The notes under the pieces are model-generated. The model was not told where the DNA came from. It saw only the letters and a list, made by a program, of their open reading frames with translations, and did no database searches. From Candidatus Latescibacterota bacterium (GTDB taxonomy: Bacteria > Latescibacterota > UBA2968 > UBA8231): a stretch of 64,000 nt of DNA. The stretch is taken from NCBI GenBank assembly GCA_965223905.1, contig CBDCXV010000011.1:1312001-1376000 (forward strand). Reading direction: 5' to 3'. Below are positions 1 to 9,651 of the stretch, in pieces (position 1 is the stretch's first letter; each line of letters begins with the position of its first letter). A program made the translations under genes and the position numbers.

Positions 1-2
1 CC

Positions 3-3000
3 GGGGCCTCCTTCACCTTGAGGGCCACCGTCCGCAATCAGGGCGCCGCCCGGTCCAGCTCGACCACCCTGCGCTACTACCGATCCACCGACGCGACCGT
101 TTCCACCAGCGACACCCAGGTCGGCACCGACCCGGTGAGCAGCCTGTCCGCTTCCCGAACCAGCTCCGAGTCGATCAGCCTACGCGCCCCCTCCAGCGCC
201 GGGACCTACTACTACGGTGCCTGCGTCGAGAGCGTCAGCGGAGAAACCAATACCGGAAACAACTGCTCCGCTGCCGTGACCGTAACCGTGGGCGCCGCCC
301 CTGCCCCCGACCTGGTCGTCGATGCCCCTACGGTCACCAACAGCAGCCCGGCTGCCGGGGCCTCCTTCACCTTGAGGGCCACCGTCCGCAACCAGGGAAC
401 CGGGCGGTCCGCCACGACCACCCTGCGCTACTACCGCTCCACCGACGCGACGGTTTCCACCAGCGACACCCAGGTCGGCACCGACCCGGTGAGCAGCCTG
501 TCCGCTTCCCGAACCAGCTCCGAGTCGATCAGCCTGAGCGCTCCCTCCAGCGCCGGGACCTACTACTACGGTGCCTGCGTCGAGAGCGTCAGCGGAGAAA
601 CCAATACCGGCAACAACTGCTCCCCTGCCATAACCGTAACCGTGGGCGCCGCACCGGCCCCGGACTTGGTCGTCGATGCCCCTACGGTCACCAACAGCAG
701 CCCGGCTGCCGGGGCCTCTTTCACCCTGAGGGCGACCGTCCGCAACCAGGGAACCGGGGGGTCCGCCACGACCACCCTGCGCTACTACCGATCCACCGAC
801 GCGACGGTCTCCACCAGCGACACCCAGGTCGGAACCGACCCGGTGAGCAGCCTGTCCGCCTCCAGGACCAGTGCCGAATCGATCTTCCTCTCCGCCCCGT
901 CGAGCGCGGGCACCTACTACTACGGCGCCTGCGTCGTCAACGTCAGCGGGGAAAGCAATACCGGGAACAACTGCTCCTCCGCAGTGACCGTAACCGTTCC
1001 CGGGACCGTCACTCAGCCAACACCCCAACCCGGGGCGTCGAAGCTGTACTGGTCGGATTGGGGGACGGACAAGATCCAGCGGGCCAACCTCGACGGCTCC
1101 GGGGTCGAAGACCTGATTTCCGGTGCCGGACTCAACGGTCCGGACGGGCTGTCTCTTGATCTGGCCGGCGGCAAGATCTACTGGGCGGATGCGGGCACCA
1201 ACAAGATCCAGCGGGCCAACCTCGACGGCTCCGGGGCCGAAGACCTCGTCACCGGCCTGGGGATTCCATACGGCCTGGCCCTGCACGTGGCCGGCGGCAA
1301 GATGTACTGGACCAACCGGCAGACGAACAAGATCCAACGGGCCAACCTCGACGGCTCCGGGGTCGAAGACCTCGTCACCAGCGGCTTGACTTTCCCCGGG
1401 GCGCTGGCACTCGACGCAGCCGGCGGCAAGATGTACTGGACGAACTCGGGCGCGACGAAGATCCAGCGGGCCAACCTGAGCGGCTCCAATGTCGAAGACC
1501 TCGTCACCAGCGGCTTGAGCAGTCCCACCGGGCTGGCACTAGACGTAGTCGGCGGCAAGATGTACTGGACCGACCGGGGCACGGACAAGATCCAGCGGGC
1601 CAACCTGAGCGGCTCCAATGTCGAAGACCTCGTCACCAGCGGTCTGAACACCCCCAGTGGGCTGGCCCTCGACGTTTCCGGCGGCAAGATCTACTGGGCC
1701 GACACGGGTACGGACAAGGTGCAGCGGGCCAATCTCAACGGCTCCGGGGTCGAGGACCTTCTCACCAGCTCCGACGGACTGGTCGATCCATCCGGTATCG
1801 CCATCGGGGGAACCGCCCAAACCGGGTCCGGAGGAGGAGGAGGAGGAGGAGGCGCAACGCAGACTCGGACGGCGTTTGAATCATCCACGCCATCAGGTTA
1901 CACCCGAATAACTCTGGACGATGGGGGTCGGGTTTGGGGAGTTCCTACAAAGTACACCGCTGATTCCAACACCGGTACCGTGGCATATATGGTGCTGGGA
2001 GGACTGAAGGAATGCGCCTTCGCAAATGCGGAAGCCGACCGGCAGAGCAAAGTGTACGTCAAGACACAGTCATTGGGGCACCTGTCCAATTATGAGTCGG
2101 ACACGGTGTGCCGGAAGACCAGTACCCAGTATTCTTCTTGGCCTGGGCTTCGGATCACACATATACGGTTTTTCGACGAAAGCAGTCCCACCAATGTCAG
2201 TGAGGCTGTTTACAATGCCTCAACCGGTCAAATAGAGCTTGGTGGCGGGGGTGATGGAGGCGGTGGTAGTAATGGCGGTGGTGACACCTCCCCGGCCCCC
2301 GACCTGGTCGTCGATGCCCCTACGGTCAGCAACAGCAGCCCGACCGCCGGCGCCTCATTCACCCTGAGGGCCACCGTCCGCAACCAGGGTGCCGCTCGGT
2401 CCGCCACCACCACCCTGCGCTACTACCGCTCCACCGACGCGACCGTTTCAACCGCAGACACCGAGGTCGGCACCGACCCGGTGACCACCCTGTCCGCCTC
2501 TCGCACCAGTTCGGAGTCGATCTTCCTTTCCGCCCCATCGAATGCCGGCACCTACTACTACGGGGCCTGCGTCGAGAGCGTCAGCGATGAGAGCGATACC
2601 GGAAACAACTGTTCCTCAGCCGTGACCGTTACCGTGGGCGCCGCACCTGCTCCTGACCTGATTGTCGATGCCCCTACGGTCAGCAACAGCAGCCCGACGG
2701 CCGGCGCCTCTTTCACCCTGAGGGCCACCGTCCGCAACCAGGGTGCCGCTCGGTCGGGCTCGACCACCCTGCGCTACTACCGCTCGACCGACGCGACGGT
2801 TTCCACCAGCGACACCGAGGTCGGCACCGACCCGGTGAGCACCCTGTCCGCTTCCCGAACCAGCTCCGAGTCGATCTTCCTCTCAGCCCCATCGAATGCG
2901 GGCACCTACTACTACGGCGCTTGCGTCGAGAGCGTCAGCGACGAAAGCGATACCGGGAACAACTGCTCCGCAGCCGTGACCGTAACCGTGGGCGCCGCAC

Positions 3001-5135
3001 CTGCCCCGGACATAGTGGTTGGTACGCCTCGCGCAAACCCCAGCACTCCGACCGCGGGAGCCTCCTTCATTCTGAGCGTCACAGTAGAAAACCAGGGCAA
3101 TGGTCAGGCGGCGGCGACTACCCTGCGCTTCTACCGCTCGACCGACGCGACGATCTCTTCCAGCGACACACAGCTGGACACGGACTCGGTGCCACTTCTT
3201 GGCACAGGTGGAGGGTACGTTGCAAATACCAATCCGACTGCCCCTTCCAGCGCCGGAACCTACTACTACGGTGCCTGTGTCGAGAGCGTCAGCGGAGAAA
3301 CCAATACCGGAAACAACTGCTCCGCAGCCGTGACATTAACCGTGGGCGCCGCACCGGCCCCCGATCTCGTCGTCGATGCCCCTACGGTCACCAACAGCAG
3401 CCCGACGGCCGGCGCCTCCTTCACCCTGAGCGCCACCGTCCGCAACCAGGGTACCGGTCGGGCCGGCTCGACCACCCTGCGCTACTACCGATCCACCGAC
3501 GCGACGGTTTCCACCAGCGACACCGAGGTCGGCACCGACCCGGTGAGCAGCCTGTCAGCCTCCAGGACCAGCTCCGAGTCGATCAGCCTCAGCGCTCCCT
3601 CCAGTGCCGGCACCTACTACTACGGCGCCTGCGCCGAGAGCGTCAGCGGGGAAAGCAACACCGGGAACAACTGCTCCGCAGCCGTGACCGTAACCGTGGG
3701 CGCCGCCCCAGCCCCGGACCTGGTCGTCGATGCCCCTACGGTCAGCAACAGCAGCCCGACTGCCGGCGCCTCCTTCACCTTGAGTGCCACGGTCCGCAAC
3801 CAGGGAACCGGGGGGGCTGGCTCGACCACTCTGCGCTACTACCGCTCCACCGACGCGACGGTTTCAACCGGAGACAGCCAGGTCGGCACCGACCCGGTGA
3901 GCAGCCTGTCAGCCTCCAGGACCAGCTCCGAGTCGATCAGCCTCAGCGCCCCCTCCACCACCGGCACCTACTACTACGGGGCTTGCGTCGAGAGCGTCAG
4001 CGATGAAAGCGATACCGGAAACAACTGCTCCTCGGCCGTAACCGTAACCGTCTCTGCGACCGTCACTCAGCCAGAGCCCCAACCCGACGGGGCGTCGAAG
4101 CTGTACTGGTCGGACTGGGGCACGGACAAGATCCAACGCGCCGACCTCGACGGCTCCAATGTCGAAGACCTGGTGACAACCGGACTGGATGGACCGGACG
4201 GGCTGGCCGTGGACGCGGCCGCCGGCAAGCTGTACTGGACCGACGCGGGCACTGCCAAGATTCAGCGGGCCGACCTCGACGGCTCCAATGTCGAAAACCT
4301 GATCACAAGCGGTCTGGGGATCCCATACGGTCTGGCCCTGGATGTTTCAGGCGGCAAGATGTACTGGACCGACCGGCAGTCGTCCAAGATCCAGCGGGCC
4401 GACCTCGACGGCTCCAATGTCGAAGACCTCCTGACCCTGGCCGGATTGGCTTTTCCAGCAGAAATAGCCGTCGACGTGGCCGGCGGAAAGATCTACTGGA
4501 CGAACCCGGGAGCGGACAAGATTCAACGGGCCGATCTGGACGGCTCCAATCTCGAAGACCTGGTAACCATAACCAGCGGTTCGGCCAGCCCCAACGGGGT
4601 GGCCCTGGACGTGGCCGGCGGCAAGATCTACTGGACCGACCGGGGCACGGACAAGATCCAGCGGGCCGATTTGAACGGCTCCAATGTCCAAGACCTGGTA
4701 ACCAGCGGGCTGAGCGGTCCCAATGGTCTGGACCTGGACGTAGCGGGGGGCAAGATCTACTGGACCGACGCGGAGACGAACAAGCTGCAGCGAGCAAACC
4801 TCGACGGTTCCGGAGTCGAGGACCTTCTCACCAGCTCCGACGGACTGGTCGATCCATCGGGGTTGGCCCTGGGAGCCGAGAGCGCCAGTGGCAGCAACGG
4901 CGGTAGCAGCAACACCTATGGAGTGGGCGATGCGCTCCCGAATGTCCCCACCGGTTCCTTCTTTCCAGCGCGCCTTACCGGTGGTGCAAGTCTTACCAGC
5001 TCTGGGAGCACGACGACAATCACTTTCAACAATGGCGGCCAGATGGAACTGCAGGATGGAACCACTTATACCTGTATTGCAACAGGGGGATGCAGGGTCG
5101 AGAACGGACGCGTCACCATGGGGGAATTTGAATAG
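3..5135 (+). CDS. Large surface protein, 5'-truncated by window edge: 3 CARDB-type Ig repeats (first partial), YWTD propeller, unique domain, 5 CARDB, second YWTD propeller, short unique C-terminal domain
   Basis: Frame open from position 3. 118-aa (354-bp) repeats PDLVVDAPTV...GTYYYGACVESVSGE.NTGNNCS. LDL-receptor class B/YWTD-type repeats [24 protein letters not shown]. Confidence 0.9.
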   Translation, partial: GASFTLRATVRNQGAARSSSTTLRYYRSTDATVSTSDTQVGTDPVSSLSASRTSSESISLRAPSSAGTYYYGACVESVSGETNTGNNCSAAVTVTVGAAPAPDLVVDAPTVTNSSPAAGASFTLRATVRNQGTGRSATTTLRYYRSTDATVSTSDTQVGTDPVSSLSASRTSSESISLSAPSSAGTYYYGACVESVSGETNTGNNCSPAITVTVGAAPAPDLVVDAPTVTNSSPAAGASFTLRATVRNQGTGGSATTTLRYYRSTDATVSTSDTQVGTDPVSSLSASRTSAESIFLSAPSSAGTYYYGACVVNVSGESNTGNNCSSAVTVTVPGTVTQPTPQPGASKLYWSDWGTDKIQRANLDGSGVEDLISGAGLNGPDGLSLDLAGGKIYWADAGTNKIQRANLDGSGAEDLVTGLGIPYGLALHVAGGKMYWTNRQTNKIQRANLDGSGVEDLVTSGLTFPGALALDAAGGKMYWTNSGATKIQRANLSGSNVEDLVTSGLSSPTGLALDVVGGKMYWTDRGTDKIQRANLSGSNVEDLVTSGLNTPSGLALDVSGGKIYWADTGTDKVQRANLNGSGVEDLLTSSDGLVDPSGIAIGGTAQTGSGGGGGGGGATQTRTAFESSTPSGYTRITLDDGGRVWGVPTKYTADSNTGTVAYMVLGGLKECAFANAEADRQSKVYVKTQSLGHLSNYESDTVCRKTSTQYSSWPGLRITHIRFFDESSPTNVSEAVYNASTGQIELGGGGDGGGGSNGGGDTSPAPDLVVDAPTVSNSSPTAGASFTLRATVRNQGAARSATTTLRYYRSTDATVSTADTEVGTDPVTTLSASRTSSESIFLSAPSNAGTYYYGACVESVSDESDTGNNCSSAVTVTVGAAPAPDLIVDAPTVSNSSPTAGASFTLRATVRNQGAARSGSTTLRYYRSTDATVSTSDTEVGTDPVSTLSASRTSSESIFLSAPSNAGTYYYGACVESVSDESDTGNNCSAAVTVTVGAAPAPDIVVGTPRANPSTPTAGASFILSVTVENQGNGQAAATTLRFYRSTDATISSSDTQLDTDSVPLLGTGGGYVANTNPTAPSSAGTYYYGACVESVSGETNTGNNCSAAVTLTVGAAPAPDLVVDAPTVTNSSPTAGASFTLSATVRNQGTGRAGSTTLRYYRSTDATVSTSDTEVGTDPVSSLSASRTSSESISLSAPSSAGTYYYGACAESVSGESNTGNNCSAAVTVTVGAAPAPDLVVDAPTVSNSSPTAGASFTLSATVRNQGTGGAGSTTLRYYRSTDATVSTGDSQVGTDPVSSLSASRTSSESISLSAPSTTGTYYYGACVESVSDESDTGNNCSSAVTVTVSATVTQPEPQPDGASKLYWSDWGTDKIQRADLDGSNVEDLVTTGLDGPDGLAVDAAAGKLYWTDAGTAKIQRADLDGSNVENLITSGLGIPYGLALDVSGGKMYWTDRQSSKIQRADLDGSNVEDLLTLAGLAFPAEIAVDVAGGKIYWTNPGADKIQRADLDGSNLEDLVTITSGSASPNGVALDVAGGKIYWTDRGTDKIQRADLNGSNVQDLVTSGLSGPNGLDLDVAGGKIYWTDAETNKLQRANLDGSGVEDLLTSSDGLVDPSGLALGAESASGSNGGSSNTYGVGDALPNVPTGSFFPARLTGGASLTSSGSTTTITFNNGGQMELQDGTTYTCIATGGCRVENGRVTMGEFE

Positions 5136-5337
5136 GCATTCCTGACCGATGAAAAGCCCAAGCACGAATCGGGAAAATCCCCCCGGGGCCGATCGTTCCA
5201 TGGCAGGGGAATCTACTGGCTGGTAAGGGCCGGGGGCGTCCTGAGGCAGAAACTCACTTTTTCAACGGTGAGCGAACGGTTTGCCAGAATTCCAGCAGGG
5301 GTTGCGGGACATCGAAAGGAACAGGGGGCATTACCCT

Positions 5338-8300
5338 ATGAAAACTCCCGTTTTTCTTTCTGCCTTCATGGGGTTGCCCGCTTTTTTTCTTACACCGCTG
5401 GCTGTCGCCTATGCTTCTCCTCTTCCACCCGACCGCGTGCATTTCTGCCAGCCCGTCGATCCCGACCAGTTGAACCGCCATCAGTACCCTCCTTCCGCAA
5501 AGCGCCTGCAGGATCTGAACGTCGGCGAACCGCGCACCGTGCGGCTCTTCTACTTCCTGCCCAACGACCGGCCGTATCGCACCGAGGTCGTCGATTCGCT
5601 GAAATCGGGGATTCTTGATCTCCAAACCTTCTTCGCCGACCAGATGGAGACGCATGGGCACGGTCGCAAAACTTTCGATTTTGAAACCGATGACCAAGGC
5701 GACCCGATCGTCCACCGCGTCGATGGGGACTCCTCCGACAGCCACTACAGCAGCCGAGGTTATACAGAGGGCGAGATTAAACGAGCATTCGACAACTCTG
5801 CCAATATCATACTGATCGTCATGGACGTTAGTGCCAGATCCGTGCATGGAGTCGGAACAGGCTCGAAGGGCAGCGGATGGGCGATGATTTACGGCGAATG
5901 GAACTGGTTTGCCGCCGCGCATGAACTTGGGCATTCCTTCGGTTTGCACCATGACTTCCGTGATAATGAATACATAATGTCGTACGGGCGAGCGGATCGG
6001 GCATCAGCGAAATTGTCACCTTGCGCCGCCAAGTTTCTAGCGGCGAATCCATACTTCAATTCCGATGTCCCACTTCAAAATGAATCGTCCCCCACGGTGG
6101 AGCTTGTTTCATCTTCTGAGTATCCTTTCGGATCAGCAAGTATGCCCGTCCAACTGAGAGTTCGAGATGATGATGGACTTCACCAGTTAATCCTGTTCGT
6201 GATGCCCAAAAACCCCTTTTTGGGCGGCACTCCCGAAGTGAAAGCGTGTCATGGATTGTCGGCTGAAACAGATACCGTTGTTGAATTCAACTTTGATGGC
6301 AGGCTTCCGTCCGACAACGTCGGCACTAGCCCTGAGGCTCATACGACGCTTTCCAACACGGTTCAGCATCGAATTCATGTCATAGCGGTCGATACAGATG
6401 GCAATCGGAATAATATCCCCAATAGCGATAAGCAGTTTAATCTTGAGGCAGGGCATTCGCGGCAACACATCGCCACAGTTGACCGGCCTTATTACTATGA
6501 CATCGGCGGCATGGCGATTTCTCATGATGGCTCGCATTTGGCGATCGGGACGGGAGGTATAGTCGAATTGATGGACGCTACGGAAAGGGAACGCATAACC
6601 GACTTTCGCCATACCGAGGGCAACAGATACACGAACTGGTCCGTCGCTTTTTCACACGACGGGACGCTGCTCGCTTCCGGATCGGCGAATGGCACAATCA
6701 AGGTGTGGAACGTGAACACAAGAGAAGAAGCCGCCTCGCTCGACGGGCATACGGGCCAGGTTCTGGCTCTGGACTTTTCGCCCGATGGAACGCTGCTCGC
6801 TTCAGGGTCTCGGGATAACACGGTCAGGCTGTGGAACGTGGCAACAGAAGCACATGTCGCTACGCTTGAAGGACATACGGATGGGATTGTCTCACTCGAC
6901 TTTCTTCCTGGTGGGAAGCTCGCCACCAAATCCTGGCGGGATGGAACAGTCAGGATTTGGGATGTGCAAACGAGGTCACAGAACTCCACCATTAACACGG
7001 ATGCGGTTGGCACCGTGGCGTTGTCACCGGATGGTGCAACTCTCGCATCATCGATTTCCTGGGCCATCAAGCTATGGAGTCTGTCGACAGGAGTACAGAC
7101 CGGCGCCCTCAACCATATGCGGGAATACAATTACGCGCAGCTGGCGTTTTCGCCCGATGGAACAATCCTCGCGGTAACCGCAAATGGATTGATTGAAATA
7201 TGGAACGTTCCGACGAGAGAACTCCTGGCCACCATTTCAGGGGGACCGGGAGGGGTGGGAAGGATGTTATTTTCACCCAATGGAAAGCAACTGATCGGCA
7301 CTGCGGACAAGGGGATCAAATTCTGGGACGTGTCCGAGTGGACCGCTCCCATTACCGCCGTCAGCCAGCGCACCTCTCAAGTTCGTGAGGCGATTCTCGG
7401 CGTAGTCCGCCTTGATTATCCGAACATCTCCAGCTATGCAGACATTACCGGGACGCATCTTGCGGAGATTACTGCCCTGTATCTCAACGATAGAGACATA
7501 ACCTCCTTGAAACCCGGAGATTTTGAAGGGCTCACAAGTTTGGAAGAACTCCGACTGTGGGGTAATCAACTTACGAGTCTGCCTGAGGACATTTTCTCCG
7601 GGCTATCTTCCCTGGCAACGCTTCGCTTCGGCCTCAACCAGTTGACGACACTGCCAGCAGATCTATTGGAAGGACTCTCCTCGTTGACAGACCTTCGTAT
7701 GATCGGCAACCAGTTGACCTCGCTTCCAGATGGCATTTTTGAAGGACTGACCGGGCTGTCCAGACTCGCTTTGCAGAGTAACTCTGTTGATCCCCTGCTC
7801 CTCACCGTATCCCTGAGGAAATCCGGAGAGGGGCAGTTCAGGGCCGTAGCACCTACCGGTGCACCCTTTGATATTGTCCTGCCGCTCAATGTTGCGAACG
7901 GCAGTATCAACGGCGGCGCAACTACGATCACCATACCTGCCGGCACTGTGGAAAGCGATGCGCTCACTGTGACCCGCACCCCCGGCACGACATTCCCTGT
8001 CACCGTGGATATCGGCACCTTGCCGGGATTGCCCAGTAACCATTTCGGTTACGAACTCGTCAAATCCGCCGACATGCCATTGGAGGTTATCGATCCTTTG
8101 GCGGGAGGCAACACCCCCGTCTGTGACCGCACGCCGCAGGTGCGCGACGAGATTGTGCGTGTGATTCCCGGCGTAAGCGATTGCCGTAATGTAACCGAAG
8201 CCCATCTCGCTGGGATCAGGGGACGTTTCACCATGAGCTACCCCTCCACTACAGTACTAAAAGCCGGGGATTTTTCCGGGTTGACGGCAGTAACACGTCT

Positions 8301-9639
8301 CAGCATAGAGAACACACCCCTAGATGAATTGCCGGTGGGGGTCTTTTCCGGGTTGACTGGACTGAAGACACTCAGCCTGAATGGCAACCAACTGACCAGC
8401 CTACCCACGGGAGTATTTTCCGGGTTGACGGCCCTGACCCACCTGTACCTGGACCATGGCCTATATACCACCCTGGCCGACGGGGTGTTTGACGGGCTGT
8501 CGTCCCTGACATTTCTCCGGATGAGTCACAACCAATTGACCACCTTTTCAGCCGAGGTGTTTTCCGAGCTGACCGCCTTGGACACGCTCTCGCTGCACAA
8601 CAACAAATTTTCGACCCTTCCCGGGAAAGTATTCTCCGGGCTAAGAGCTCTGAGATACCTCGACTTGGAATACAACGAGTTCAGGACGCTCCCAGGGGGC
8701 CTGTTCTTCGGGTTGACATCTTTGGCAGATCTCGACTTGAGCTTTAACGAGTTTACGACGCTTCCAGCGGGTCTGTTCTCCGGGTTGACGGCACTGAGAA
8801 AGCTTTCGTTGTGGAAAGGCAACGCGGTCAACCTCGTACCCCTTACCGTGACGCTGGAGAAGGTTAAGGATGGTCAGTTCAAGGCGGTTGCCCACCCCGG
8901 CGCGCCCTTTTATTTGGTCCTGGCGATCACTGTTGTAAACGGCAGCACCAGTGGCGGCGCGACGACTATCACGATTCCCAAGGGAAGCGTCGAAAGCCAG
9001 CCACTCAATGTAACCCGCACCTCCGGCACAACCGCTGCCGTAACCGTGGATATCGGCAACTTGCCGGGATTGCCCAGTAACCATTACGGCTACGAACTCG
9101 TCAAATCCCCCGACCTGCCGCTGGAGATCATCGGTGACGTCACCGCCGCGCAAGCCTCGACGGATTTCAACGGCGATGGCCGGACGGACTTCGTGGATTT
9201 CTTCCTCTTTATCGACGCGTTCGGCGGCACGGACTCCCGCTTCGACCTCGACGGCAGCGGTACCGTCGATTTCGTCGACTTCTTCCAGTTCGTGGACGCC
9301 TTCGACCAGTCGGGGCAGGCCAAGTTGCTGGCGCTGGCCCAGGAGTTGATCGGCTTGCCTTCCGAAACCGACCTGCAGCAGAACTGGCCCAACCCCTTCA
9401 ACAGCGAAACCGTAATCTCCTGGTTTCTGCTGGAGCCGGGTCCCGTGCGGCTGGAGGTCTTTTCCCTGACCGGGCAGCGGCTTGCGGTCCTGCACCAGGG
9501 GCCGTTGCAGGCCGGCTTCCACCGCATCCACTGGGACGGCCGCGACGATAAGGGCCGCCCCCTGGCCAGCGGGGTATATCTCTACCGGCTAGTGGGCGCC
9601 GAGACCGTTCTGACGCAGAAGCTCACCCTGCTGAGATAA
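5338..9639 (+). CDS. Secreted metzincin metallopeptidase + WD40 + 2x(LRR + Ig-like cap) + dockerin-like/FlgD-like tail
   Basis: Signal peptide MKTPVFLSAF...AYA; HELGHSFGLHH with IMSY Met-turn; GH...AFSPDG.LLASGS.D.T..LW repeats; L..N.L..LP...F.GL LRRs; DFNGDG.TDFVDFF x2 and PNPFN...QKLTLLR tail. Confidence 0.88.
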   Translation: MKTPVFLSAFMGLPAFFLTPLAVAYASPLPPDRVHFCQPVDPDQLNRHQYPPSAKRLQDLNVGEPRTVRLFYFLPNDRPYRTEVVDSLKSGILDLQTFFADQMETHGHGRKTFDFETDDQGDPIVHRVDGDSSDSHYSSRGYTEGEIKRAFDNSANIILIVMDVSARSVHGVGTGSKGSGWAMIYGEWNWFAAAHELGHSFGLHHDFRDNEYIMSYGRADRASAKLSPCAAKFLAANPYFNSDVPLQNESSPTVELVSSSEYPFGSASMPVQLRVRDDDGLHQLILFVMPKNPFLGGTPEVKACHGLSAETDTVVEFNFDGRLPSDNVGTSPEAHTTLSNTVQHRIHVIAVDTDGNRNNIPNSDKQFNLEAGHSRQHIATVDRPYYYDIGGMAISHDGSHLAIGTGGIVELMDATERERITDFRHTEGNRYTNWSVAFSHDGTLLASGSANGTIKVWNVNTREEAASLDGHTGQVLALDFSPDGTLLASGSRDNTVRLWNVATEAHVATLEGHTDGIVSLDFLPGGKLATKSWRDGTVRIWDVQTRSQNSTINTDAVGTVALSPDGATLASSISWAIKLWSLSTGVQTGALNHMREYNYAQLAFSPDGTILAVTANGLIEIWNVPTRELLATISGGPGGVGRMLFSPNGKQLIGTADKGIKFWDVSEWTAPITAVSQRTSQVREAILGVVRLDYPNISSYADITGTHLAEITALYLNDRDITSLKPGDFEGLTSLEELRLWGNQLTSLPEDIFSGLSSLATLRFGLNQLTTLPADLLEGLSSLTDLRMIGNQLTSLPDGIFEGLTGLSRLALQSNSVDPLLLTVSLRKSGEGQFRAVAPTGAPFDIVLPLNVANGSINGGATTITIPAGTVESDALTVTRTPGTTFPVTVDIGTLPGLPSNHFGYELVKSADMPLEVIDPLAGGNTPVCDRTPQVRDEIVRVIPGVSDCRNVTEAHLAGIRGRFTMSYPSTTVLKAGDFSGLTAVTRLSIENTPLDELPVGVFSGLTGLKTLSLNGNQLTSLPTGVFSGLTALTHLYLDHGLYTTLADGVFDGLSSLTFLRMSHNQLTTFSAEVFSELTALDTLSLHNNKFSTLPGKVFSGLRALRYLDLEYNEFRTLPGGLFFGLTSLADLDLSFNEFTTLPAGLFSGLTALRKLSLWKGNAVNLVPLTVTLEKVKDGQFKAVAHPGAPFYLVLAITVVNGSTSGGATTITIPKGSVESQPLNVTRTSGTTAAVTVDIGNLPGLPSNHYGYELVKSPDLPLEIIGDVTAAQASTDFNGDGRTDFVDFFLFIDAFGGTDSRFDLDGSGTVDFVDFFQFVDAFDQSGQAKLLALAQELIGLPSETDLQQNWPNPFNSETVISWFLLEPGPVRLEVFSLTGQRLAVLHQGPLQAGFHRIHWDGRDDKGRPLASGVYLYRLVGAETVLTQKLTLLR
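9157..9639 (+). repeat. Representative of a ~480-bp C-terminal cassette present 7 times (also ~11533, 28936, 31455, 38615, 48100, 49837)
   Basis: All encode (T/A)DF(N/D)GDG.T.F.DFF.F.DA.GG.D..FDL.G.G.VDF.DFF...PNPFN..T...W..L.PG...EVF.L.GQR...WDGR...GRPLASG.YLYRLV...KLTLLR*. Confidence 0.92.
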
Positions 9640-9651
9640 GGAAGTTACCAG

